From Eledone cirrhosa (taxonomy: Eukaryota): a stretch of DNA of 64,000 nucleotides. This document shows, in pieces, positions 14,776 to 27,769 of this stretch. The stretch lies in the NCBI GenBank assembly GCA_964016885.1, contig OZ024742.1, forward strand, positions 26,350,001-26,414,000, given 5' to 3'. Position numbers and translations under genes: made by a program. The notes beneath the pieces are model-generated. The model searched no databases, was not told the origin of the DNA, and was given only the letters and a program-made list of their open reading frames with translations. The stretch's first letter is position 1, and every line of letters begins with the position of its first letter.

Positions 14776-15571
14776 TTCCACCAAACTTACTGTAAGGAAG
14801 ATGTGAATTATTCGTTATATCCTTTGAATTACGTCTAGTGTATTCTACCGAAGAATATATGTATTTCACACCTCAGTAGGACAAACTAACATACCTGCTT
14901 ATTCTTCTTTTATCAATAAGTAAATATTATATGTAATGAAGTCGAAATTGCGACAATGCAGTAAGTAGTACAATGTAAATGTTACCCATGTCTACATTTC
15001 CATATAACAATATTTGTGAATTAATATAATATTGTTTTAAATATCTTGTATATCACAAAACAAAATGCATGCAGGGCTGGGTATGGGGGAGAGGGACTAA
15101 CACAAAACCAAATCAAATCAAAAAGCAAAGAAAGAAATAGGGAAAGAAAACAAAACACAAAGTGTAAATTTATTGAATCAATAGTGTCACTTCTAATCAG
15201 TAGATATGAAATTGCATTTCAGAAGGAATTGAACAGAATCACAAGTATAGATAGCTTCACTATTTTTCCGATGCCACTGATGGAAAACAGTAATTTTACA
15301 AACATTGTAGACTGGCAAGGAATACACAGCTATCAATTAGATAGCTATGGACAACAATAGCATAAACAATTGCTACTAATGAGATAATCAGCCATCATTT
15401 TTGATATATCTAGTATGTAGTAGTTGTAGAAGAAATAATATATCACTGAAATATATAGAAATGTCTGGAATATTTCTTTTGTTATGAATAGCTTGCTAAG
15501 TGTGGGATGAAGCTGCCGTATGTATATATAAATATATAGCGTATGTACATACGTAATACCTCTCTACCCCC

Positions 15572-15675
<104 letters not shown>

Positions 15676-15691
15676 TTACAAAGACATACAC

Positions 15692-15780
<89 letters not shown>

Positions 15781-15878
15781 ACGCACATATATATATATGA
15801 TGGTTGCAACTCGATTTCGAGTAGTGCCATCGCTTGATACTTAAGCATGATTAGCACGGACGTTGATTAGACACTCCC

Positions 15879-15949
15879 TATTTTATCTGATGAGAACGCA
15901 AATATCGTCCCAGGATGATATATATTTTTGAAATGCGCATAATAAAATA
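15879..15949 (+). ncRNA. Type I hammerhead ribozyme motif
   Basis: TATTTTAT-CTGATGA-(stem II ATATCGTCC/GGATGATAT)-GAAA-TGCGCA-TA-ATAAAATA. Confidence 0.65.
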
Positions 15950-16070
15950 CATCGAACTTTTTTAACCATCTTTCAATGTTTTCTTATATATACTCCACTC
16001 CAATAAACTGTTGAGTGCTACTTACCCTATATTTGCTTTGCTCTATTGTGCTACAATAAATCTCACCTCC

Positions 16071-16116
<46 letters not shown>

Positions 16117-16639
16117 GCACTTGTTCCAAGGGAATTGATCATAATCACAGCTGATGACTATTAAAATGAAAATCAAGTAATGTAAATATTTTTAAATACT
16201 GAAAGGTTCATAGAATAACCTAAACATTCTCATAGAATCACAAAATCAGGTTTATTTTTCGACATTGTCCCTGGAAATAAACAATAAACAATAAACAATC
16301 AAAAAGTAGAGCTGAAATTAATGCATGCAAGGTTTCACAGCTCTAGCATCACTCCTTTATAGTCAGCTTATGAACATTTTTTTCTGCCTACTATCGTACT
16401 TTACCTCTTTATGACATATTAACAACATGAGCAATATACCTATTTCTAATATATTACTAACCTGAGACTTATATCACTATCTGTTATATTTCAAAACAAC
16501 CCCCTATTTCTAGTACATTATTAGGCTGAGGTAAATATTTATTTCTGGTATATTATTTAGCTGAGGTATATGTTTATTTATGGTGTATTATGAGCCTGAG
16601 CTATAGATCTGTTTATGGTGTGTTATTATCCTGGCCATC

Positions 16640-17022
16640 GGGAGATTGGCAGTATCGGTAGAGGGTCGGACGCCATGCTTTGCAGCAAAGTTACGTCCCT
16701 TTACAGACTGAGTTCAAATACTGCCGAGGTTAACTTTGCCTTTCATCCTTACGGGGTCGATAAAATAAATTACCAGTAATACACTGGTTAAATGCTGGCC
16801 TTGTGCCTAACGTAGAAACAATTATTATCCTGGGCGGTGAATTGGCAGTAGCGGTAGAGGATCGGACGCCATGCTTTCGAGCATAGTTACGTCCCTTTAC
16901 GGTCTGAGCTCAAATCCTGTCGAGGTTAACTTTGCCTTTCATCCTTACGAGGTCGATAAAATAAGGTACCAGTAAGGCACTGTGTAATTGCTGGCCTTGT
17001 GCCAAAAGTAGAAACAATTATT
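16640..17022 (+). mobile_element. Two tandem SINE family A copies
   Basis: 16640-16828 and 16832-17022 both match the family consensus. Confidence 0.8.
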
Positions 17023-17413
17023 ATCCTGGGCTATATACTATGTGTTGAACATTAAGGCATGGGCTTTACACATTTCAGAGGTTTATAACGGGCTCATTGA
17101 CCGACCGTGAAAACAATTCCTCTGTTAGGTAAACTCTGGTTTATAAGTTACAGGTAGCTTGGGCAACATTGTATGATCTACATAATATATAAGTAGGCAT
17201 TCATAATATGTACAAGTACCAAGGGAATGTAACAGAGCTCTCTGATACAATCTCTCTGTTCCCCACCAATAACTCCCACTAATCGCCATGATTTTCTTCT
17301 GTGATTTCACATTTCTGTTAATGACATGTTGATTAAATGGCTGCGTGGTACTTACATTTATTAAATACACATTAATACCACCTTTTACACCCATACGCTA
17401 TACCTTACATACA

Positions 17414-17467
<54 letters not shown>

Positions 17468-17534
17468 CATGTGTGTGTGTGTGCGCGTGTGTTTGTGTCA
17501 ACGTGTATCTTCCTCTCTCTCTCTATCTCTATCT

Positions 17535-17568
<34 letters not shown>

Positions 17569-17881
17569 GCACATGTTCATAGATGATTAGAATATATGAT
17601 AGATTGTCAGAGTGTTTTATCCTCGTTGTATCTTTCAGGATCATCGGAGCGTGTCTGATAATTATCGTATTTATTTTGACAAAGCTTTTAGAACTTATTT
17701 GAATCTACTTCTCTGCAGGTCAGTAATTCCTGCAACTAATGTATTAAACTCATGGTTTGAACCCCCAAATATACGAACAATAGCACAACTTTCTCTTCAT
17801 TGCAGTTACATTAGCATAAAGGCACATTCCAGCCATGACAAGCTTATCTATTTCTCTTTCCTGCATATGGTACACTGCAAC

Positions 17882-18151
17882 CAGGGCCGGATATAATGGC
17901 AGAAAAGGGGACCACCAACGACGGCCTTAGCAAATTAATTGTGCCCACAACTGGGCTTTTTGATTTTAGAATGGTCAGAATTCTGGAATTTTAATACTTG
18001 TATGTATAACTTATCAATTACAATTAATTGCACCAAGCTAACTATGATATGTAAAATTGGGAGGGGATGATGTGTATTCTAATGTTTTGTGTGTAAAGGG
18101 ACCCCCAAGCCTTAAATGCCCCGGGGCCCCCAAAGTCTAAATCCAACCCTA
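17882..18151. mobile_element. hAT-like MITE
   Basis: Imperfect TIRs CAGGGCCGGATATA / TAAATCCAACCCTA; 8-bp TSD ACTGCAAC (17874-17881) / ACTGCACC (18152-18159). Confidence 0.6.
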
Positions 18152-18399
18152 ACTGCACCACAGACACAAGGGTGTCCATGAATGACTACATTGAGCGGTG
18201 TCCATGAATGAATGGGTGGAGGGATGGCTATAAATGAATGGGGGAGGTGTAACTATCAATAGCTGGGTGGAGGGTTGTTGAATAATAATCTGAAAAATAT
18301 TTTCCAAGTTTTAGAGAGAAGGCGGGACAGTGACAATAGTATCACTTTTCTTGATAATTGATTTCTAATCAATTATCAGATGACTAAGAATGTCATAGG

Positions 18400-18570
18400 A
18401 GGGCACAATCGATTATATCGACCCCAGATTCTTGACCTCTACTTATTTTATCGACCAAGTGGGAGGATAGTATAAACTGACCCCTGTAAGATTTCAACTC
18501 GGAACATAACGAGATGTAATTAAACATGGCAGGCTATTATGTTCGGTGTTATAACGATTCATTCAGCAAC
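18400..18570 (-). mobile_element. Old diverged SINE family A-like copy
   Basis: TACTTATTTTATCGACC...GATTTCAACTCGGAAC similarity. Confidence 0.45.
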
Positions 18571-18859
18571 CACTATTACATTTCCTGACACATAAAACAA
18601 TAATGCCAATAGATGAATCGATAGAGTACCAAACAGATCAACTAGCTCCATGTATAGCATCATGTCTGGTGCTGACGTGTCCAGGAACTAGACGCTTAAC
18701 TCTTCACGACTTCATATCTTATATAACTCAGCTTGCAACAGTACACTAGTGCTTAATTGACTTGTCTGTTGGGATGACTGGATGATGTCGAGTTAAATTA
18801 ACTGTGTTACTTCTAACAAGAAATCAATCTCATTTGGTCAACACATCAGAGGTTTTAGA

Positions 18860-19592
18860 AATACACTGAGCCCTGAGGATGTGTGTCAGCTGGGCATTAG
18901 CTAAGCTTAAATTAGATCCCTAATATTTACGAGAGAGAAAATCTAGCTGATCCTCTAACGGGCATATAGAACAGAATAACGCAGGTTTTCTGGTAAACAT
19001 AAACAGGACGAAACAAAATCCACCGTTTAATTATTCAGGCGACAATTAAACAGATATATTATCTTACCAGTGTGCCGACAAGATGTAACAAAATAGGAAA
19101 TCAATATAATTATTTCTACTTCTGGCACTAGGCCAGCAATTACCCCAGTGTATTACTGGTACTTTATTTATTCGACCCCGTAACGATGAAAGGCAAAGTT
19201 AACCTCGGCTGGATTTGAACTCAGATCATAACGGACCGTAACTATATGCTGTAAAGCATGGCGCCCGACCCTCTACCGATACTGCCAATCCAACCCCCTC
19301 AATCAATATAATAAAGTATATAAAGGTGAAACGACTAGGCTGAAATACAGAGCCCAGAGATTGTTGTGATTCACCTGAGAATTTGCTAAGCTTAAATTCG
19401 ATCCCTGATATTTACGAGAGAGAAAATCAAGCCGACCACCTAACACGAATATACAACAGAATAAAGCGGGTCTTCTGCTAAACAAAAAAACGAGACGAAA
19501 CGAAATTCACGTCTGACTATTCAGGTGGCCATTAAACAGACGCCATATCTAACCCGTGTGCCGATAAGACGTAAGAAAATATGAAATCAATA
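18860..19592. repeat. Diverged direct duplication (~240 bp) separated by a SINE
   Basis: 18860-19106 and 19343-19592 share GCTAAGCTTAAATT.GATCCCT.ATATTTACGAGAGAGAAAATC and downstream blocks. Confidence 0.75.
19108..19298 (-). mobile_element. SINE family A
   Basis: Matches the family consensus. Confidence 0.8.
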
Positions 19593-20166
19593 CTTAACTC
19601 CTAACTAACCTTAACAACGCCCATTTCCTCTATTAAACCTTAGAATTAAACCAGGTACATGAATCTAAAGACATTAAGAGTACTATATTAAAATTAGGTA
19701 GCTTTATTAAACACGATACATGCTACAATTGTGTATGGAGAATTTCTTGTGATTGTAAATGTCTTGACATAATTTACTTGTGATTTATCACATGGCTTCT
19801 AACAATGATAAATATTGTGTGAATAAAAGGTTGGTTGGAATTTGAACATGTCATTTATTTGATATGATTAAAATCAATGATATCACATAATATTAATGAG
19901 AAAACTTTCTAAAGATTTCGGGTAATTATGCTACTGCAATTGTAGCAAGTATTATCATACATACATAAACATATATACACACCAATACACTGGCAAACGC
20001 ATCCAACACGCTTCCTTACACACCAATTCATGCACCTGAACACACACATTCAAACACACACATACACACACACAAACACACAAAAACACACACAAACACA
20101 CACACACACACTCACAGACACAGACACACATACACACACACATACACACACACACACACATATATA

Positions 20167-21467
20167 CAGGGTGGGGCATAATTCCTGTTACAAAATTTTA
20201 ACTCAATTTAAAAATACATTATGTTGCTAATATAACTAATATATTTGTATCAAATCCATGCACTATAACCATATTAACTATTTTTCAGAAAATTACTCCA
20301 TTAACTGTTTGCAATGTCCATAGAATTGAAAAGAAAGTTCATATAGAGAAGCATGAAAAAGGCCTGACTCCACCCAAGATATTTAAACTGGGGAAAATTC
20401 TTAAGATCAATAGAATGTTGATCAAAAGGACAATTAATCTATTTAAGGACACTTCCACACCCAAAGACAGACCTCAATCCGGACACCCTCGCACCTCAAG
20501 AACACCAAAACTTGTTAAAAGTGTGAGGGAAAAAATAAGGCGTAATCCAAGAAGGTCCATGAGAAAAATGGCAGAAGAAGCAGAAACATGGCTGAGAACT
20601 ATACGGAGGATATGTTGAGATGATCTGGGGATGTCACCCTATAAGTTCCAAAAGAGGCAACTTCTTTCTGCAGCCACAATTGAAAATAGGCTCTCGAGAG
20701 GTAAACTGTTATTGGACCGTATCAAGGATGGCACGCTGCAAAACATGACCTTTACAGATGAGAAGTTATTCACTGTGCAGCAGTCTCACAATCATCAAAA
20801 TGATCGAGTACTTGCAAAAAGTCTCAAATCAATGCCTTCAAGTGTAGGAAAAGTGTTCAGAACAGGGAAACCAGCATCAGTGATGTCTTGGGCAGCCATT
20901 TCTGAAAGAGAGAAGTCTCCTCTGATTTTTGTTCCTCAAGGAGTTAAAATTAACAAAGAACTTTGCATAAAGGATATTTTGGAAGGAGCACTGATGCCAT
21001 GGTGCATATCTGTTTATGCCTATGACATTTGGACTCTCCAACAAGATGGAGCGACGAGTCACACTGCTTGCGTAACACAACAGTGGTGTAGAGACCATTG
21101 TCCTGTATGGATCAGTAAGGAACATTGGCCTCCGGCATCACCAGATCTTAACCCTCTCGATTTTTCATTATGGTCAATTCTTGAGAGTGAAGCCTGCTCT
21201 ACTCCTAGCCAAAATATTGAAACTCAAAAATCAAAACTGAATAAAGTATGGGAGAAAATACCCATGGAAACTGTTCGTGCAGCCATCGAAGACTTTCCTA
21301 CAAGTGTTCGAGCAGTAGTGAGAGCTAGAGGAAAGCATTTCGAATAAATTTTTGGGCAGTTGTTTAATAGTATATTACTTACTATTTGTTGAAGTCAGAT
21401 CTTGAAATAAATGTTTTTTTCAAGAACTATTTGCATTTTATTTTGTAACAGTCTTTATGCCCCACCT

Positions 21468-21469
<2 letters not shown>
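20167..21469 (+). mobile_element. Tc1/mariner DNA transposon, DD37D (maT) type, full length with TIRs
   Basis: ~29-bp TIRs CAGGGTGGGGCATAA..CTGTTACAAAA at both ends, TA flanks, transposase inside. Confidence 0.9.
20313..21347 (+). pseudogene. DD37D transposase pseudogene
   Basis: HTH region with SGHPR; FTDEK, QQDGATSH and SPDLNPLD with 37 residues between the 2nd and 3rd D; in-frame TGA at 20616-20618 and a probable 5' frameshift. Confidence 0.85.
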
Positions 21470-21507
<38 letters not shown>

Positions 21508-21509
<2 letters not shown>

Positions 21510-21992
21510 GTGGCTGCAAACTCTGCGAAGAGTATTGCAATCGCAGAAAATGGTGCACTTCTAGGCTACGGCCAGCCACACGAACGAGCAATGCCTGTGC
21601 TTTCAATGTTTTTTAAGTGGGGTAAGGTCCTGCACTCGACCAATCCCACACTCTGAGCATCGAAAACTCTACTCGAAAAGGATAACTGGTCAACATCATT
21701 GGATGCTTCTGAAGCCGCAGGTTTTTTTCAGAGTATCCCTCTCTTAGAAGGGTGTTGTGATAACAACTGGGGGTCTTTCACTCCTAGGTAAAAATAAAGT
21801 ACTATTTGGATGGCCGTTGGCTCTGCCGAGTTCCTCCGCCCTATGCCGAGTCTTCTATTTCATCCCGCATGGTGTTCGATCATCAACCTCCTCACCAAGC
21901 AAGCTTGGTGGGGCTGCAAGTTTAGTCGCCAACGACCCGACCATGATGCAGGTTGGGTTATATCTTACCAGTAGCACTCGAGAGCAACCTGA
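21508..21992 (-). mobile_element. Probable LINE 5' UTR-like fragment
   Basis: Moderately GC-rich block bounded by microsatellites next to RTE fragments; no protein motif seen. Confidence 0.25.
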
Positions 21993-22008
21993 CACACACA
22001 CACACACA

Positions 22009-22050
<42 letters not shown>

Positions 22051-22056
22051 TTTATA

Positions 22057-22089
<33 letters not shown>

Positions 22090-22094
<5 letters not shown>

Positions 22095-22516
22095 AACTCT
22101 GAATGTCGGTGAGCATGTCCAGCTAACGTCAGTCACCTCTGTGTCACTTTTGAGCTGACATTTGGGAGGCTCCCATACAGCTCTGAGTTGTTCATCCTCA
22201 GTGTATACTGATTAATGTTCAAAGCCATCCTCAGCATTCTCGTGTAGCACCCATCGACCATCTGAGTGAGTTTCTTGGTCAGTGTCCAAGTCTCAAACTC
22301 GTAGAGCAGCACAGATTCCACTACAGCAATGAAGAGCGGATTTTCAGGTCTTTACGAAGGTCCGACCTCCACACCGATCTCATGTGGGAGCCCCTACATG
22401 GACACATTGGAAGAGGAAGACCAAGGTTAACGTATGTTGATGCCATAAGGACAGACACTGGTCTGTTGTAGACGCAGGACATGGCAGCGCGCAGGAGAAA
22501 ACTCATCCATGGATCT
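22090..22516. mobile_element. RTE-like LINE 3' fragment with 5' inversion
   Basis: Minus 22090-22375 encodes ESVLLY..ETWTLTK..DGCYTRMLRMALN..LAGHAHRH; plus 22376-22516 encodes LMWEPLHG..RGRPRLTYVD. Confidence 0.75.
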
Positions 22517-22539
22517 CGGGAAGTTTACCCGCCCTAGAT

Positions 22540-22601
<62 letters not shown>

Positions 22602-22619
22602 TCAAGAACTACTGAGGAG

Positions 22620-23100
22620 CAGAGAAACGTGAGAACTTCACTTAATAAGATGTTGCCAAACAGTATCCAATACTCTCTAGTTGTTACCAGGTGTTTTGTC
22701 CAATATAGGCCTGTTAATTTTCTTAATTTAATATTTAAAGTTAAGGATAACAAAAACCATATTGCTGTAGTTAGTATTTTTTCACCCTACCAAATTTGGT
22801 CCTTACGATTCGAACACATGTATGTTTATATTAGTGTTCATCTCTCTTGTTTATTCAATGATATTGCACGGCTCGGAAAAGCTTTTTTCTTAGAGCTATT
22901 TAATTGTAAGAGACGACTCTGCGTTCTTAACTCAATATATATATATATGCATTCTAGCATTCTCTCAGTGGTTTCAGTCACTGGGCCGTGTCCTAGCTTG
23001 GGAAGCAGTATTATAGTTTCGGTTAATATATCGAACGAAGTAGCTGTCATTTATAATAAAATCTGTGACATATTTAATCGAATTGCTTTCATTTACACAC
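22620..23100 (-). pseudogene. Possible degenerate PLE C-terminal relic
   Basis: Weak remnants only (YMCSN..Q.GE-like). Confidence 0.2.
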
Positions 23101-23874
23101 TAACTTATAGGTTATAGACACACATACACACAAACAGGCAAAATCTGCAAAATGGCTGCCGTATTACCCCGGTTTCTTCTTTTTGGGGGGTTTCGAAACG
23201 GCAAGACAATTTTCCTATTATTTCAACTTTGAAACTAATATATTTCTTCAATACAGTTTGTTATTTACTTTGATGTTTTATTTATATGTTCACCCACACA
23301 CACACATACACGTGCACACCCACGTACATACACAAATATATATATGAAGAGAATGAAATATCAAAATATGCAGGTATGCTACAAGGATAGATATGCATTA
23401 TAGATAGTTAAATAGATATATCAACATTCAACATGGAACATGCCTGCAAGAGCAATATGTATATTAATTTCATACTTACATTACCGAAAAGTTTAAATAA
23501 GGAGTGGAACTACTGAATTAAATTACAGAGAGACTCTGTAAAAAGAGACAAAAACAGGTGTTATGTTCCTGTTATATATCAGGTATATAGCATGCTATAC
23601 AACTTTCAGCCAGTGGCAACCCCACAGTGCATATAATTAAATTTGAATGAATATGTATGTATGGATAGATTTATAAACACACGTGCGTGTGTGTGTGTGT
23701 GTGAATTATTATATGTACTGCCATGTTCAGATTTTTTTTTCTTTATTCCATATTTCATATATATTATTGCATACTTTGAATAAATGAACACATACATTAT
23801 ATATTAGTAAAAGTAGAGGATATGCTATGTATCGAGTACTTCTTTTATGTGTGTCCTTTGCGACACCAGAGTAT

Positions 23875-23919
<45 letters not shown>

Positions 23920-23923
<4 letters not shown>

Positions 23924-26080
23924 AATATCTTTAAGTCGTTTGGAAGCCTCGACAATGCAAATGGGTAAATCTCCAGGTAACAAGATCCGGTGGTGGAGAG
24001 AGAGATGTAAGTGGGTGTACGTTGAGATGCGTGGTGTGTATGAGATGTGTAGAAGAATGAAGGAAAGAGTATAAAGGATAAAATTAAAATAACAACACGA
24101 GAGAGAGAGTTACCTTGGGAGAGAATTAATAGTCCCTATATATTTCGGATTCACATCCATCAACTGGGGATTTTTCCGGGGTGGGCGAAAGGTTGACTAT
24201 CGGACAGGTGCGAAACGCGTCTTCCGCTGTTTGTTGTTTTGAATATCTGAGGTATTCGGCAGAGCGCGCGTGCGCGTGAAATGGGGTCTGCCTGTTTGTT
24301 AAATGTTACTGTGTGTGTGTGTGCGTGTGTTGTTGTCTCGCTTGAGTGTGTGTGTGTGTGCGTGTGTTGTTGACCTGTTCCTCTGTATTGGCAGTGTAGT
24401 ATGATCGTATGGTGGAATGCTACTGAGTGTGTGTGCGTGTGTGTGTGTAGTTGTCTCATTTGTGTGTGTGTGTGTGCGTGTGTTGCTTTATCGTTTGTTA
24501 ACTTAAACCAGCCATCTCATTTCGCTTCTCTCTGATCGGTTGTTTATTTGCAGTTGCAGACGTTTGATAAAAAGCGCTTCCTTGATATGTAACGTGCCGA
24601 CGTTTCTTTCAGTCGCTAGAATTGTGACAATGGGCCTTCCGTCTTTGTTTCCGCATTTGTCTATGTGTTTCCGGAAAGACGATTCCCTGGTTTTAGTGTG
24701 TTCCTTGATCCGGATGTGCAAAGGTCGGATTGTGCTACCTATGTAGTATCGTTTGCACCTGTCACATTCTATCTTATACACGACGTATGTGCGTAGGCAA
24801 CAGTTCGCATGGCGTATCGGGCAGTCTCTGAGAGAGCATGCGTCAGTAGATTTCCCGGGTTTCCTGGAGAGGCATCTTCGCAGGGAGGAGCCCGAGTGGG
24901 CCAGGTGGATGTCGAGGCCCTCCCTCCGTATAGCCTTGCGGATAGCGTTGGTGGTATTCTCACCCAGGTGTGGCATTTTAAGGAAGCACTTGCCTTGAGT
25001 GCCTCTCTATCTCTTGCGTCTGGTGTCTCCTATTCTGTCTGTGATCGAGGTAGGGTACCCGTTCGTCTCCAGCACCTCGAGGAATCGTTTGGTATGAGTG
25101 ACACCACTCGCGGGATCGCTGCATCTGTTTTTGATTCGCGCGATCTCGTTCGTGACGTATCCTTTTTTGGCACTGTTAGGGAGGGCGGACTTGTAGTGAA
25201 CGAACAGGTCCCTGCAGGCTGCCTTTCGGTAGAAGTTGCAGTGGATCCTTCCCTGTTCCGTGATGTTGATTCGGAAGTCGTGGAGGGCAAGTGACCCGTC
25301 TTCGTTGGGTGTTCAACACTGAAGTCAATGTTCTCGTCCGTGTTGTTGAACGTCTCATAGATTCTGTTCGCTGTGTCTTGGGAAGATGTGAGGATGAGGA
25401 TATCGTCCACGTACCTTGAGAAAAAGGCTACGGCGTTGGGGTGGCAGGCGTTGAGTTCTTTGCGTTCGAGGTTGTCCATGTAAGAGATCGCTAGCACACC
25501 TGATAGGCTTGATCCCATGGGCAATCCCGAGGTTTGTTGGTATGTTTGGTCAAGGAATCCGAAGTAGGTGTTGTCGACGACGAGGGATAGGAGTTGGTGG
25601 ATGTCAGTGTTGGTGATCCCGAAGCAGTGTAGGTCGGTGGATTGGACGCGTTCCATCAGTATATTGACGGCCGGAAGTGCCGGGACCGAGGTGTAGAGAG
25701 CGACTACATCAAGGCTGAAGGCATATCTGTTATTCCTTCTGGTGTCGGGATCCATTTGATGCAGGCGCTTCAACACCTCCTCGGAGCTGTTAACGTGTCC
25801 CGGCAAGGTGTCTAAGATGGGTTTGAGTATTCTGGCTAGGAGCCATGAAATTTTGTAGAGTGGTCCCTCCACGCTCGATACGATGGGCCTGATCTTCAGG
25901 TCGGGTCCCTGTTTGTGTGTTGTCACGAGTTGGTAGAAGGCGGGTAGTCTGCTGTTCCACGTGAGGAGGTTGTATCTCAGCTTCTTCGGGAGCTTCCGCC
26001 GGTCGCAGATGTTGGTCCAGGCGGCGTTGATGTGCTCTTCTATCTACGCGGGAGTGATTCCCGTCACCTTGGAGTAGATA
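23920..26080 (-). mobile_element. 5'-truncated Penelope-like element 1 (RT plus GIY-YIG), both ends in (TA)n
   Basis: ORF 25030-25926 (RPIVS, SLDVVALYT, GLPMGS, RYVDD), frameshift near 25290, ORF 24503-24976 (VVYKIECDRC..YYIGSTIRPLHIRIKEH). Confidence 0.9.
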
Positions 26081-26200
26081 TTAATATATATATATATATA
26101 TTAATATATATATATATATATATATTAATATATATATATATATATATATTAATATATATATATTAATATATATATATATATATATATTAATATATATATA

Positions 26201-26300
<100 letters not shown>

Positions 26301-26562
26301 TATATATATATGTATATATATATATAGAATTCACAAGAATCAAAGCTATGTTCAAAGCATTTATTCACTTACAGGAGTGAATTCTTGTGAATTCTATATA
26401 ACTGCTCTGTAGAACAACTGATGTTATTACATATTACATTGAACTATTTATCTTACTGGTAATAAGGTAGTAATAAATTACTGACCTTCACTGTTTAGGG
26501 TTTAAAATATACATAACTATAAAAAGTTTTAGTATATACATAACCACAAATAGTATCCTTAA

Positions 26563-27613
26563 TCTATATATATAAAACTGAGGTTGTCTGTCTGTCTACT
26601 AAAACCTTCGGCACACATTTCCTCTTAAACCGTAGGTTCAAATTTCGGTGAAATTGCTACACTTATAGATGAGGGTCCGGCGGAACCATCGGTCAAATAA
26701 ATTTTCAAATAAGTTCTTGTTTTTGATTATGTCATCTATATATATAAAGCTGTGGCTGTCTGTCTGTCTATCGATTTTTGGCACACATCTCCTCTTAGAA
26801 TCTCTGACGGAATTGCACCGAAATTGCTATACTTGTACATTGAGCCCTAGCGAAGACATCGGAAAAAATATTTCAAATTGACCCACCCTATGTGACGAAA
26901 TCGAATCTAATGTATCGATTTTTGAGCGTAAGTGACGAGTTATTTCCCTTTGTTCTATATATATAAAGCTGTGGTTGTCTGTCTGTCTATCGATTTTAGG
27001 CACACATCTCCTCTTAGAATCTCTGACGGAATTGCACCGAAATTGCTATACTTGTACATTGAGCCCTAGCGAAGACATCGGACAAAGAATATTTCAAATT
27101 GACCCACCCTATGTGACGAAATCGAATCTAATGTATCGATTTTTGAGCGTAAGTGACGAGTTATTTCCCTTTGTTCTGTTTACATTGAGCGTCTTACGTT
27201 CTGTTTACATTTTCTGCGTGCAAAAATTAAAAAAATTACGCTGGCTTTCTCAGCGTTTAAAATGACATTAACACAATACACGAACAGTTGTCGAGCCAGC
27301 AAAATTTTGACCTGCAAAATTCATCAGTTCGAACACTAAGCTTCCGTTTTGCTTCATTTCCATTTAAAAGCCTTTTAAAACAATATTTTTACTTGAAAAC
27401 AAGTCTATTTAAAGACTACGTAAAACAAACAAATATTTCGTAAAAAAAAGCAAAAATTATATAAGTTTATTTAAAATATATGTATCTGTAAATTTCGTTA
27501 GGCGTGCAGACAGACAGTCGTGCAGACAGACTTTCAGCCAAAAAAGAAACTTAACATTGTAACTTTAACACAGCTACTGAGCGACCCCGAGCAACGCCGG
27601 GCTTTACTGCTAG
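26563..27613 (+). mobile_element. Non-autonomous Helitron with reiterated 5' ends
   Basis: A|TCTATATATATAAA start with (GTCT)n; 3' hairpin CCCGAGCAACGCCGGG then CTAG|T; internal ~220-bp tandem duplication. Confidence 0.75.
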
Positions 27614-27692
27614 TATTATATAAATATATATATATATATGTAAGTATGTATGTATACGTACATACATATATGTATACAGACATACAGTAGCA

Positions 27693-27736
<44 letters not shown>

Positions 27737-27769
27737 TACATACAGGTACACATATATATATGTACGTAT

